Origin: Octopus vulgaris
Lineage: Eukaryota
Direction of reading: 5' to 3'
Assembly (NCBI GenBank): GCA_951406725.2
Contig: OX597814.1
Coordinates: 105,586,001-105,650,000, forward strand
Length of the DNA: 64,000 nt
In this document: positions 12,280 through 24,405 of the stretch, in pieces
Position numbering within the stretch: position 1 is the stretch's first letter
Layout of the letters: each line of letters begins with the position of its first letter
Notes under the pieces: model-generated
What the model was told of the DNA's origin: nothing
Databases searched by the model: none
The model's input: the letters and a program-made list of their open reading frames with translations, nothing else
Translations under genes and position numbers: made by a program

Positions 12280-12325
<46 letters not shown>

Positions 12326-12629
12326 CCCTCTCTCTGTCATATCATCCGAACCTCCCAATGACAATACACACATCATTTAATATTTAAGACAACGCACCCA
12401 TTTCTCTTCCCACCACCCATTTCTCTCCCACCCCGCGCCCCAGCTACTCCCAGTTTTGTTTTCCATTTCATCTTGTTTTGACTTGCTTTTCTCTTTCTTT
12501 GTTGTTCTTTCTTTCTTTCTTTCTTTCTTTTCCATTGCTTTCTTTTGTGGATCCTAAAATTCTGACAGGTTTGTTTGTTTAAAAACTTTCCCCCATTTGC
12601 AATGATATCATCAATATTGTTTTAAGGAA

Positions 12630-13380
12630 CAAACAACACCGCCGCCGCCCTCGCCACCACTACCACCAGCACCATCACCACCATCACCACCACCACCACC
12701 GCCGCCGCCACCACCACCGCTGTCAGCACTATTGCTAACTACTCAAACTGCACTACCACCACCACCACCACCACCAGCACGCCCACCATCACACTCAGCG
12801 TTGTGCACCCCTTATTCCTCAATACCAACAAAGCTTTCGCCATTTTTAACTCTAGACCATCACCGTTGGCACCACCTCCACCACCAGCTTCATTGCCATG
12901 TACGCCATCCCTATCATCACCAACATCACCACCATCATCATCGCCATCAACATCACCACCATCATCATCACCACCATCATCATCACCACCACTAGCCAAC
13001 ACCACTACCACCACCTCCACCATCATCATCACCACTACCATCATCATCACCACCAACATCACTATCACTAGCCATACCAAAACACCACCACCACTACCAC
13101 CACCTCCACCATCATCATCACCACTACCATCATCATCACCACCAACATCACTATCACTAGCCACACCACTACCACCACCTCCACCATCATCATCACCACC
13201 ACCATCATCAACATCACTATCACTAGCCACACCACTAACACCACCACGACTACCACCACCTCCACCACCATCATCATCACCCACCATCATCAACATCACT
13301 ATCACCAGCCACACCACTAACACCAACGCCACCATTACCACTATCGCCAACACCACCACCACCACAATAATAACAGCATA
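12630..13380. repeat. Complex (CAC/CAT/CAA)n trinucleotide satellite with a higher-order unit
   Basis: Imperfect trinucleotide array in which CAACATCACTATCAC(T/C)AGCCA recurs four times at 65-90 bp spacing. Confidence 0.9.
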
Positions 13381-13652
13381 ACGAAATAAACAATGATTTA
13401 TTATTAATACACTTGTTATTGCTTTCCTCAAACGATGACAACAACGACAACGATGACGATGATAACAAGGAAAACGACGATGATAGAGACGTTTCAAACG
13501 ATGATGAGATTGACGATGACAACGATGCTCGAAATAACTATTTTTTTCGTCAATCTTTAATGATAATTCGATAAAGATAATGATGAGAATGACAGATTTG
13601 ACAACAGCGTCTTTGAATTTTCCCCTTTTCGATAGTTTTTAGCTGTTGTACA

Positions 13653-13814
13653 GGCGCATGCGTGGCTGTGTGGTAAGAAACTTGCTTCCCAACAACATGG
13701 TTCCGGTTTCAGTCCCACTGCGTGGTACCTTGTGGCAGTGTCTTCTACTATAGCCTCGGGCCGACCAAAGCCTTGTGAATGAATTTGTTAGACCGAAACT
13801 TAAAGAATCGTCTA

Positions 13815-13851
<37 letters not shown>

Positions 13852-14032
13852 TGTGTGTGCGTGTGTGTATTTGTGTGTGTGTTTATGTCCCGGATAACTA
13901 GCGGTTTGGCAAAAGAGAATGATAGAATAAGTACTTGGCTTACAAAGAAGTCCAGCGGTCGATTTGTTCGACTAAAGGCAGTGCTCCAGCATAGCCGCAG
14001 TCAAATGATTGAAACAAGTAATAGAATAAAAG
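13653..14032 (+). mobile_element. SINE family A
   Basis: GGCGCATGCGTGGCTGTGTGGTAAG head through GCAGTCAAATGATTGAAACAAG tail. Confidence 0.9.
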
Positions 14033-14207
14033 ACTAATTATCATTATTTTTTTTACTTCATTATCTTGATGTCCTATTTTGTCAAAGTGCACACTAGTAT
14101 ATTACTGGTATTAATAAACTGATCGACCTTCCTCACACCTCTTACACAAGCAAGCAGCTCAATCCTGACTGTGTCTGAAATCGCAAATCGTTTATCGATT
14201 TTTGACT

Positions 14208-14580
14208 TCTTCTTTTACTTGTTACAGCCATTAGACTGTGACCATGCTGGGGCATCGTTTTGAAGAATTTATAGTTGAATGACTAGACCCCGGTACTTGT
14301 TTTTTGGTACTTATTCTATCGATATTTTTTACTGAACCGCTAAGCTACGGAGGCGTAAACCAACCAACATTGATTGTCAAACAGTGGTGGAGGACACACA
14401 CACACACATATATATATATACTTACACGACGGGCTTCTTTCAGTTTCCGCCTACCAAATCCACTTACAAGGCTTTGGTCGGTTAAAGGCTATAGTAGAAG
14501 ACACTTGCCCAAGGTGCCACGTACTAAGACTGAACCCGGAACTATATGGTTGGGAAGCAAACATCTTACCACAAAGCCAC
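14208..14580 (-). mobile_element. SINE family A
   Basis: Reverse-complement copy lying tail-to-tail with 13653-14032. Confidence 0.9.
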
Positions 14581-14631
14581 TAAACACATTGTAATCTTTG
14601 CCTCACCCCCAACACCAACACACTGTACCCG

Positions 14632-15226
14632 CTCATGATATCCCAGCTGTTGTCGCGTGCAGGACGGATCCGGTTGTCAACCGACCCCATCGTGAAGATC
14701 GCCCCGCCACCTTCCTTTGGCCGGGAAGGAAAGGCAGTTTTCCTCTGTCTGGTGGCTATGGCGAAGAGGGTAGTGTGGTGGACGAGATTGAAAGGACTAC
14801 AGGCAGGTATTTTGCCTTTCGGCCAAGCCCTCATCGACTTCTTCAAGTTCCACTTTCAAAAGGAAAGTGAGAGGAGGGAGAAAGATGTTCTGCCCCCGCA
14901 GTAAATTCGTTGAAAAGTGGGTGTATGTTGCGAGGATGGCCCGTGTGAAGGGACCTACTCTGAACTTTCGTTTGTAAACCGGAGGAGTTGAGAAGGAGAG
15001 AGACGCCTGCTGAGGGGCAACAAGCTGTCAGGATAGCCAAAATGTGTGAGGTCCCTCGGTTGTCCTGGTGAGAACCTTCCCCTCTTGGGAAATTATTATT
15101 GTTTGTTTTGTTAATTGCTTTTATTACTTATTGTATACACGGTGTTGTTCAACACCCCACTTGTCCCTTATAGTTTATCGTGCCTATTTGGTTTGTGTTC
15201 GACTCTTGTAGCCAATAAGGAAATGA
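14632..15226 (+). mobile_element. L1/Tx1-like LINE 3' fragment (frameshifted ORF2 C-terminus plus 3' UTR)
   Basis: Peptide FLCLVAMAKRVVWWTRLKGL..FFKFHF, then after a frameshift SKFVEKWVYVARMARVKGPTLNFRL*, resembles Tx1 ORF2 ends (xWxxR ... FxxxW); T-rich UTR ending CAATAAGGAAAT. Confidence 0.6.
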
Positions 15227-15257
15227 TTTTTTATTATTATTAATAAAAATATTATCA

Positions 15258-15567
15258 TTAACTCTTGTGTTGTTGGAATCCCGGGAGTCTTGCATGCGTA
15301 GAGGTCTTGCTACCTGCAGCCTACAGTACTATGCTATTCGTTCTTTTCAGCTATCTAATACTTTCCTGATTATTCTGGCCGTGCCAAGGAGGCGAAACTT
15401 TTGTAACAGTTCTACTGGGCACTCTATTCCAATTTCCTTTATATTCCTCTTGATGCCTTCTGATATTGTCCCCCAAGGACTCAACAATAATTGGCACTAT
15501 CTTCACCTTCTTCATTTTCCATAGCCGGGCTATTTCGAACTTAATAAGGTCTTCGGCCCTTGTGGCC
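15258..15567 (-). mobile_element. R4/Dong-like non-LTR retrotransposon 3' fragment (RLE domain end)
   Basis: Peptide EDLIKFEIARLWKMKKVKIVPIIVESLG and, in a shifted frame, ECPVELLQK..LLGTARIIRKVLD, typical of a restriction-like endonuclease C-terminus; flanked by (ATT)n. Confidence 0.7.
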
Positions 15568-16829
15568 ATTATTATTATTATTATTATTATTATTGTTATT
15601 ATTATTATTATTATTATTTGCTCTTAACTATATTGATTGTCATAAGAGATTGTCTTCATTATAATTGATCATAGAGCTGCTGTATCAGAGTTGACCTAGT
15701 GTTAAATAACGACATAGCCAGGTTGTAAAGATCAGGAATGACCAAGGGCTAAACGGCAATAGCAACAATGACGAACATCGAAATGTATTCCTTCTCTTTC
15801 AAGCTTCATTTTCCTAACAGAAAAGATACAATGAATAAGTAAATATTTATTTGTTTATTTACTGAAAAGCTAATTCGAGTATTTGATAAAATGGCGCCTT
15901 GAATTCGCTTTCCGTTGCTGACGTTGTATATTTTAAGGGAAGAAGTTAAAAACTATCGCATGCCTAATTAGGGGTTTATTCTTTTCTCTTCCGTTGCTTG
16001 CTGATTCTGTTCAACACATACGTTCTTATATTCTCGTTTGTTTTCTATAAAGTCTTGTTTGTGAGTAGAAATCAACAAGATAGAAATACAGGGCAATAGA
16101 GGTTAACCCCTTCTAATAAATACATTTATTTGATAATCAGTATTGTCCGCCAGCTTTTGCAAGTATGTTTCATATAAGAAGAAAGAGAAGAGAACACCGT
16201 CAGTGTAAACCTGGGGCTATATATAATGCCAGGTCAATCCTAAGTATATTACTGGTAGTTTACTGATATTATATCGACTTCGAAAGAATGAAATGGCTTC
16301 ACAGAGGAATATAGAAGGAAAACGGAAAGGGAGGATGAAACAGAAAATATAGCTGGCTAAATAGGGTCTGTAGGCAGATAGATAAGCTGATAGATTGCCG
16401 GAATGTTCGTGTGTATACGTACGTACTTATGTGTATGAGTATAGAAACGCACACATACACACACACACTTGTATACATTCGTTCTTGTACCTAATGTATG
16501 TATGTCTCCGAATGTTGTCAACGCCACACAGCGCAGACAACAGAACCAAATGTCGTTCGCTGCCTTTTCATGGTTAAAGTAGGAGTTGGACCTAGACTGT
16601 GACTGGCCTGAGGCACAGTTTCGATCTACGGTCAAATCACTTGTACCGTCTGTGCCGCCAACGATGTGAATAAATATCTGTAATTTTTTTTTTTTATTAA
16701 GACACTTGTTGCAGTTTGTTGGTATCGTACCTGACACCACGTGTTGCTTGTTGCACTTCTTAATTCTTGACTACACAGCCTGATCTGTACCTGCGCTGTT
16801 ATTTCTGCTGCAGTTGTTACCTTTAAGGG

Positions 16830-17026
16830 CAGTGATGGGCAACTCTTCGTCAACTGGGGGCCCGCATTGTACCATTTCCAAGTGGGAAAGGGCCGCATGA
16901 TAAAACACATATGTACGAAATATTTACCCTTTTACACTGAATTCTTTGCAATTCTTAATTGTATTAGTCTTAATATGAAATTTCTAACCTAAAAACTCGT
17001 CGAGAGTCGCAGGTTGCCCATGCATG
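16830..17026. mobile_element. hAT MITE
   Basis: TIRs CAGTGATGGGCAAC / GTTGCCCATGCATG; 8-bp TSD TTTAAGGG / TTTTAGGG (7 of 8 match). Confidence 0.75.
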
Positions 17027-17578
17027 TTTTAGGGTATGATGCAGATTTGGTGTTATTTGTATTATAGATATAAATGTGGTTGGTGTTGTTATTGTTGAGT
17101 TTACTGACGCTTTTCTTTTGTGTGTGTGTTCCCGTAATTGCTGTGTCAGCTACGCTAAACCTTTTAACATTCGTTCTGCATCAGTCGCCGAACATTGTGT
17201 ATTCCGTAATGTTCATGTATAACACTTATAGAATACATTAGGAATTAGAATATACATTCGTATGTAAATATTCTTATTTGCAACAATATTCTGGAATTCA
17301 ATTAAATAAGTTAGATGCAGCTAGCGGCAAAAAAATTAAATCAATGCTTGTTATTGTGTGTTGAATTTAATAACACCTTCGCAAACAATTTAACAAGGAG
17401 ATAACAATTTAATTTCCCTTTTCTTAAGAAATATTTTATGTTTAGGTTGGGGGTTTAAGGAATATTGATCCTAAAAGGTTATTGAAAATATGTAAAATTG
17501 AAATGAAAATGTCTTTTAGTTCTTAATAAAGTCCCTGAAATCCGGATGACGATTCTGGTTTCATTATTTACCAAACAC

Positions 17579-17670
17579 CGATCAAAAATAAAGAACCATT
17601 AAAATATTAGGACCGATGCCATCGGTTTGTGCCTTTCGTTAGTATTGTTGGCCTTGTACCAAACTTAGAA
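17579..17670 (+). mobile_element. 5'-truncated degenerate SINE B fragment
   Basis: 14-bp TSD TATTTACCAAACAC at 17565-17578 and 17671-17684; the insert ends TTGTTGGCCTTGTACCAAACTTAGAA like tail Y. Confidence 0.65.
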
Positions 17671-17984
17671 TATTTACCAAACACATATCGACAGAACAGA
17701 AAATCCTTAGTTTTTGGTTCGCATTCGCCAAATCCAAGTCTTTATAGAATAAAGCCATGTTTTGGTTCAGTTTAGTAAAATACAAACTAAATATTTATTT
17801 CATGGATTTAGCAAAAACCAAACAAATAAGTCATATTTGCTTTTTAAATATAAATCTTAACTCTTCACATTCGGTAATCCTTTTCAGACTACCACCTTAG
17901 AACTGAGAAAAGCTACTGAGATCAACCACACATATTTCTCACCCTCAGTATTTTTAGGGATTTCAAAATTTCTTTATTGCATTT

Positions 17985-18125
17985 GACTCATCTTTGCCTT
18001 TCAGCTCTCCGGGGGTCGATAAAGCGATGCAAAAGTACTGATCAAGATGGGGATAGATGGATGATATTGGCCATTCCCGTCCCCAAATCCCGACAAAAGT
18101 GTCGGCCCTTTGCCAAAATCAGAAG
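17985..18125 (+). mobile_element. Degenerate SINE B-related fragment
   Basis: TTTGCCTTTCAGCTCTCCGGGGGTCGATAAA..GGCCCTTTGCCAAAATCAGAA. Confidence 0.5.
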
Positions 18126-18266
18126 AAAAAACAAAACAAAAGATTATTCGTCTCTTATATAATGACGTCCACAAACGCGTCCCCATAGCAACAAGACATT
18201 CTCTCTTGACGAATTTTTGATTTAGTCTTTGCTTATTTGTTTCTTCGTTATATAAAAATTTCTCCC

Positions 18267-18670
18267 AAGGCGGCCAGCTGGTAGAAACGTTAGCACGCCG
18301 GGCGAAATGCTTGGCGGTATTTCGTCTGCCGTTACGTTCTGAATTCAAATTCCGCCGAGGTCGACTTTGCCTTTCATCCTTTCGGGATCGATTAAATAAG
18401 TACCAGTTATGCACTGGGGTCAATATAATCGACTTAATCCGTTTGTCTGTCCTTCTTTATATTCTCTGTGTTTAGCCCCTCGTGAGTAGTAAAGAAATAG
18501 GTATTTCGTCTGTCTTCACGTTTTGAGTTCAAATTCCGCCGAGGTCGACTTTGCCTTTTATCTTTTCAGGGTCGATAAATTAAGTACCAGATGCGTACTG
18601 GGATCGATCTAATCGACTGGCCCCCATCCCCCAAAATTTGGGACCTTGTGCCTAGAGTAGAAATGCATAT
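18267..18670 (+). mobile_element. SINE family B dimer
   Basis: Full head, two copies of the B-box plus GTCGACTTTGCCTTT..GGTCGAT..AAGTACCAG module; 14-bp TSD TAAAAATTTCTCCC at 18253-18266 and 18671-18684. Confidence 0.92.
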
Positions 18671-20178
18671 TAAAAATTTCTCCCGTTCGACTCATGACTC
18701 GTCTTTATTTAACTGTCCGCTCTAGAGACGCCATCTCATCTTGTTATTGTACTTATTTTGTGTTCTTGTTCTGGTTCGTCTCTCGTGTTCGTTCATTTCT
18801 GCTTCAGCTTATATCGCTGACAATGCCAAATCGAACAGTCCTGTCGGAGGTGTCGAAATTGTGGAGATATTTGGTTGATACCCGATGAGTGTTGAAGCAA
18901 GTACGGGTCTTCTGTGCCGGGGTGTGTACTCCTGTGATTTCGTATGTTCTTTTGTCATACCCCTGTGACTTATTAGAGCAAAATATAATTGACTGAGCAT
19001 TCTACTGTTTCTCTGTGTTTTCTTCAATATCTTTGAAATAAAGAATGGTTATCTAGAGGAAAAGACTGTAATTAGATGTTACAGATTACAAGAAATGTGT
19101 ATACATGTGTGGACCAATGATGTGGACAAGAAATAAATGTCAATTTATGAGGACTTTGTTAATTGAAAGTCTTTGACTTTCAAACAAATCCGGTTTTTAA
19201 GCTTATTTTTATCCATCACGTCTTTACTAGAACCTTGTAACTTGTCTTCTTCTTTCCTTTTCTCGTGTGTGTGTGTGTGTGTGTGTTTGTGTGTGTTTCG
19301 GCTGTAAGGAATCGTTCGTACTCCATAAATTGTCATTCTGACATCTAGTTTCTTCAAAGCCCCAAATCTTCTTGACTGGAACCAACCTTGGTCGTATTAA
19401 CCATCAGACGAAACTTGGAAGTCCCAATCAGAAAGTGTTTTACAATAAATTTGACCCTCCTTCTCAGTGTTGAGTTATCTCATCTGTAAACTTTCCCGTT
19501 GTTATTTCTAAAATTTGGTTTACGAGAAAAACCTTAACTTCACACACATACACACACACATCTGTAAACGTATCTCTCTTCAAACGTCTGTATCCCTCTC
19601 TCTCTCTCTCTTCCCCTCTCTCTCCGCTTCTGTATTTCTTCCTTTTCCTAGTTTATCCACCTATCTCTTCGAGCTTTCTTTTTCTTTTACCCTTCATTTT
19701 TTCTTCCCTTTCTCTAACTTCACACCTCATATTTCTCCAATCCTCCAAGGCATCTTATATTCACCCCACCTCCTCCCCTTCCTAATCTGCACTTCTCTCC
19801 TTTCTTCTCTCTCCCCCCCCGCCACCTCTTTCACAACACTTCTCCAATCCATCACCGAGACATAGAACCGCTTCTATCTTTACAGCTGCTACCCCCTTAT
19901 TTACCTTTCTCTCCCTCTCCCTCCTCTCCCAGTCTACATCTCCCCTCCCTCCTCCCACCACTTTATTCCATCACCACGACTCCGGCCGTTTCCACCACCG
20001 CCTCTTTTCGTCTCCCACCCTCCCTCTATCTCTTTCTCTCCTATTTCCATGTTTGGAGGCCATAGTTATTGTTAGCTGAGTCTCCCAATGTAAAGTTGTG
20101 ATGGCAATCTAGCTGTACTGATTGGCTTTAGTCTATACACTTAACTTAATTAGTGGAGATGTAGAGATAGAGATAAAT

Positions 20179-20211
<33 letters not shown>

Positions 20212-20557
20212 CAGAGGGAAAGGGAGAGATCTATGGAGAGGCGAATATCAAATTAAAAGTTACAAAGTGGCTTTCCCTGTAGCTTAATCATCCTTATCCA
20301 ATGTTTTACATTTGATACGGTTGATCTTTCTTATAATTTTCTTAATCTCCACACACACACACACACACACATGATGTATGTGTGTATTGGGAAACAAAGT
20401 TAGACGCCGCAAATGCACACACTCGTGCTTCTATGCAAGCAGCTTTGAGGCACAGATGTCACAATAAGTTTCATGTCTTTTACTGTGTGTGTGTATATAT
20501 ATATATATATAAAATGATTGATGTAGGCAGATTACGTAGCTGATTCTTTATTTTACT

Positions 20558-20588
<31 letters not shown>

Positions 20589-20750
20589 CTTCACTTACCT
20601 CCATTTCTTATCTCTCTTCTCTCCTCTCTCACACTCTAGCTTTTTATCTCTTCCACTTCTCTTTCTAGACAAATATGTGCATTTTTAGTTCAAATTTCAA
20701 ACCTTTCACACACAAACACACACACACACACACACTCTCTCTCTCTCTCT

Positions 20751-20786
<36 letters not shown>

Positions 20787-21028
20787 GCTGGCAATTCACT
20801 CCGTTGCTACCCGGAGTTTTTCCATTGACAGAAATTGTGCATCAATGGAGAATCTCTAGAGTGACCGAAACAAAAGATTCCTGTCCACACAAATACTGAA
20901 CCGGTCTTGAGTAACTCCTTTTCCATACCCGAAGCAAATTGACATATGTATCTGTGTGTGTGTTTGTGTGTGTGTAAATCAATAGTTGACTTGGGCTTCA
21001 AAATTTCGGGCTTCTCGTTTTCGTCTGG

Positions 21029-21084
<56 letters not shown>

Positions 21085-21086
21085 AT

Positions 21087-21135
<49 letters not shown>

Positions 21136-21220
21136 CTGTCTGTCTATCCATCCAGCTGTCTGTCTGTCCATGCATCCACCTATCTATCTTTTATATATAT
21201 ATACATATGTACATAAACAC

Positions 21221-21350
21221 AGTTATCTGCTGAAATGTCACGTGAAACTCCGAGCAACAAACAGTTCATGAAGATTTTTATTTTCATAAACTAATATATT
21301 ACTCGACATTTGGTATTCGAATACTATTTTTCCAACTTCTTTTGCACCTA
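21221..21350 (+). mobile_element. PLE-like terminal fragment, family 3, with a degenerate hammerhead
   Basis: CTGCTGA-A-ATG(TCA)CGT-GAAAC-TCCGA-GCA; the downstream ATATTACTC..TGGTATT.GA.TA..TTTTTCCA segment is homologous to 51271-51410 (minus). Confidence 0.45.
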
Positions 21351-22668
21351 TCTGCTTACGTGTATGTATGTGTGTGTGTGTGTGTGTGTGTGTTTGTGCT
21401 TAATCTGTTCGCGACTGAACCGCCGAACGCAGGCCTAAACTCTAAGCAGGCTGAATATATTTTACGTCTCTGACATTACGATGTGTGCGTGTGTGTGTAT
21501 GATATATATATATATATATATATATATACATGCTCATATGTAGAAATATATTATGTATCTATGTATATATATATACATACATGCAGACACATACACACAC
21601 ACATAGGTTCTCCATAACATATTCCTAGATGTAATTTCAACTGAGTGTTGTTCTAAAATTGACCAAGTCTACTTCACCTGGTAAAAGACATAAAACGCTT
21701 ATCAAAAGCCTAAGCTGACGACATTCGCAGCTGTTGATTCATTTTAACGTTTAACTTTTCCTCTCACCACCCAACCTCCACTTTCTCTCTGTTTTTAAAC
21801 ATTTTTCTTTATAGTTTAATGTTTCTTGCATCTTAGTCCTTATTCATTTCTTGACTGCACGCTTTTTTTTATATATATATATTTGGTTGATTAATACTTT
21901 TTATCATATTTCTTTTTGATCGAAATATTGATAATTGATTGTTTTGTTGGTTTTGGCTGTGAAAAAAATCTCAAGCGAAACTGATGTAATACATTGTGTG
22001 TATTTAAGCGTATGGGCGCGCACACGTGTGTGTGTGTATTTATATACATACATACTTATGTGTGCATATGCGTCTGTGTGCATGTGCATATATATGTATG
22101 CATATATATATATATGTGTGCATATTTGTGCGCATACATATTCGTGTGTGTGAGGGTACTTGCATATAAATATCTGTATATACATGCACATATAGTTATT
22201 CATATATATGTGTGTATATATGTATCTAAGGATATATACATATAAGTATATGTATATAAGTATTCACCCAAATACACACACACATGCACACACTGACGCA
22301 TAGTCACACATATATAATGTGGGGTGGTATTTGAACACACGCCCCCCCCCCACTCAAACACAGCGGTTCTGCAGAATAAAATTATTAATTTGTTTTCCAA
22401 TTTCACATCAATTTTTTTCCTAACTTTTGATCTTATTACAGCATATATAGTACGTCCGTCTGTGTAGTAATGGATCTCTTTCTCTCTTGTATGTATATAT
22501 GTATGTATGTACGCCCAGGCACACATATACATACACACATACGCATATTGAAAGAGCACGCAAGAGAATGGACGCGGTGACAACAGTCTAGTCGTGTTTG
22601 CTGGTATGGGGAGAGAGAGAGAGGGTGAGAGAGAGAGAGAGAAAGTAAGATAGAAAGAAAGAGAGAAA

Positions 22669-22700
<32 letters not shown>

Positions 22701-22848
22701 TGGGTGCCGAGCAATAACTTTGTATTTTAATAATTAGTTGAAACAAACTTTGTTGAACGCAAGTTTTGGATAAATAAGAATAATTGTGAAGTTTAGACAC
22801 AAGTATACGATTTCTTCTTAAAGCATAGTCTGTGCATTTGTATCTGCG

Positions 22849-22897
<49 letters not shown>

Positions 22898-22898
22898 T

Positions 22899-23082
22899 CG
22901 CCATGATGGATCGCTAGCCACTACGCATTCCTTATTTTCTCTCCTTGTTCCTTTCTTTGGAAGACCGTAGGCTCGAAACGTTAAAGACTTATTCACTTCC
23001 CGAGCGTTAAACTAATACATATGTTTGTTGTCTACACCAACTGTCTTCGTTTTTTGTTTTTCTTTTGTGAATTCACTCCCTC
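22899..23082 (+). mobile_element. PLE-like terminal fragment, family 2
   Basis: CTTT-CTTTGGA-A-GACC(GTAG)GCTC-GAAAC-GTT-AAAG; homologous to 10790-10953; flanked by (TA)n. Confidence 0.55.
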
Positions 23083-23087
23083 TCTCG

Positions 23088-23125
<38 letters not shown>

Positions 23126-23128
<3 letters not shown>

Positions 23129-23905
23129 AAAGTGACAAATAAGAAAGTGGAGAGGATACAAAAGGGTCAGACAACAGCCGGTAAACATTCCAGTATGTCT
23201 ATTTATTTCGAATTATTAGATGAATACATACACGTGTATTAGTGGTAAAGATTATCAAATAGAAAGAGTAGGTTATTGCAAAAACAAAGGCGTGGAAGCA
23301 TATAATCATATAAGAATAGGTGATTGAGTAAATGAGCGAATGAGTAAATGTACAGATTTTCAGTAAAACCGAATGGGTGTGCAGGTGCTAGTTCCTTAAG
23401 ACCGTTTCTGCTAAGGCGCAATGAAATCTTCCAGGTTATCTCCATCTCTTCGGTGTTATGTAGGGATGAACGGGTAAAGCTTGGATAATGAATATGCCTC
23501 TAGGCTTCTTCAGAGGGTTTAGGTGGTTGAGGGGGGAGCTAACACATAGAAAAAAGGTTAATAATAGCTACAGTGTGTTTGTCTCTTTAACAAAACAGAG
23601 TAGAGGAAGAATAGGGGTAAAAATAAGAACAACCATGTGGATGGAAGTGAAGCACATCTTAGTATAATGATTTGGGTATAGCAAGGGAAATCGATTTTGT
23701 ATCCTCTCCACTTTCTTATTTGCCGTATAAATCAAGGGTAAACCAGTTTTTACCCCCGCCGGTATATAACACGCAATTTCAAATTTGCCACGCAATAAGT
23801 AGCACTTGGGTAAGAATAATTGGGTAGACTACCAGCAGTATATTGGACAAGTACTATCCCTTAGTTGGTTTCTCAACCTCCAACTCACACAGAAATATAT
23901 ATATA
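23126..23905. mobile_element. Partly inverted (PLE-like) repeat insertion in a (TA)n tract
   Basis: 23133-23165 is the reverse complement of about 23696-23725; both parts are homologous to the colinear copy at 60183-60440. Confidence 0.55.
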
Positions 23906-24085
23906 TATATAATGTGTGTGTGTGTGTGTGTATATATATGTGTGTGTGTATATGTGTGTATGTGTATATGTATATATATATGTATATGCATATATGTATA
24001 TATATATGTATATGCACATATATATATATATATACACATATATATACACACACATATATATACACACATATATATATATACATAC

Positions 24086-24157
<72 letters not shown>

Positions 24158-24159
24158 TT

Positions 24160-24192
<33 letters not shown>

Positions 24193-24200
24193 AACAGAAA

Positions 24201-24364
24201 GGCGAGGCTGAGTGGTAAGAAGCTTGCTTCCCAAACACACGGTTTCGGCTTCAGTCCCACTGCGTGGTACCTCGGGCAGGTGTCTTCTACTATAGCCTCG
24301 GGCCGACCAAAGCTTTGTGAGTGGATTTGGTAGACATAAACTGAAAGAAGCCCAATTCTCCACC

Positions 24365-24405
<41 letters not shown>

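Noticed and set aside
12732-13522. Long ORFs of 192-252 aa (mucin-like or Gly/Asp-rich)
   Set aside because: Open frames on both strands arise from a stop-poor trinucleotide satellite; no domain or splice support
18001-18423. Recurrent peptide RKDERQSRPRRNLNSERNGRRN in several ORFs
   Set aside because: Antisense translation of SINE B, not a gene family
20593-20666. Minus-strand AG|GTAAGT donor with a possible 66-nt exon
   Set aside because: Lies in low-complexity GA-rich sequence with a weak acceptor; expected by chance
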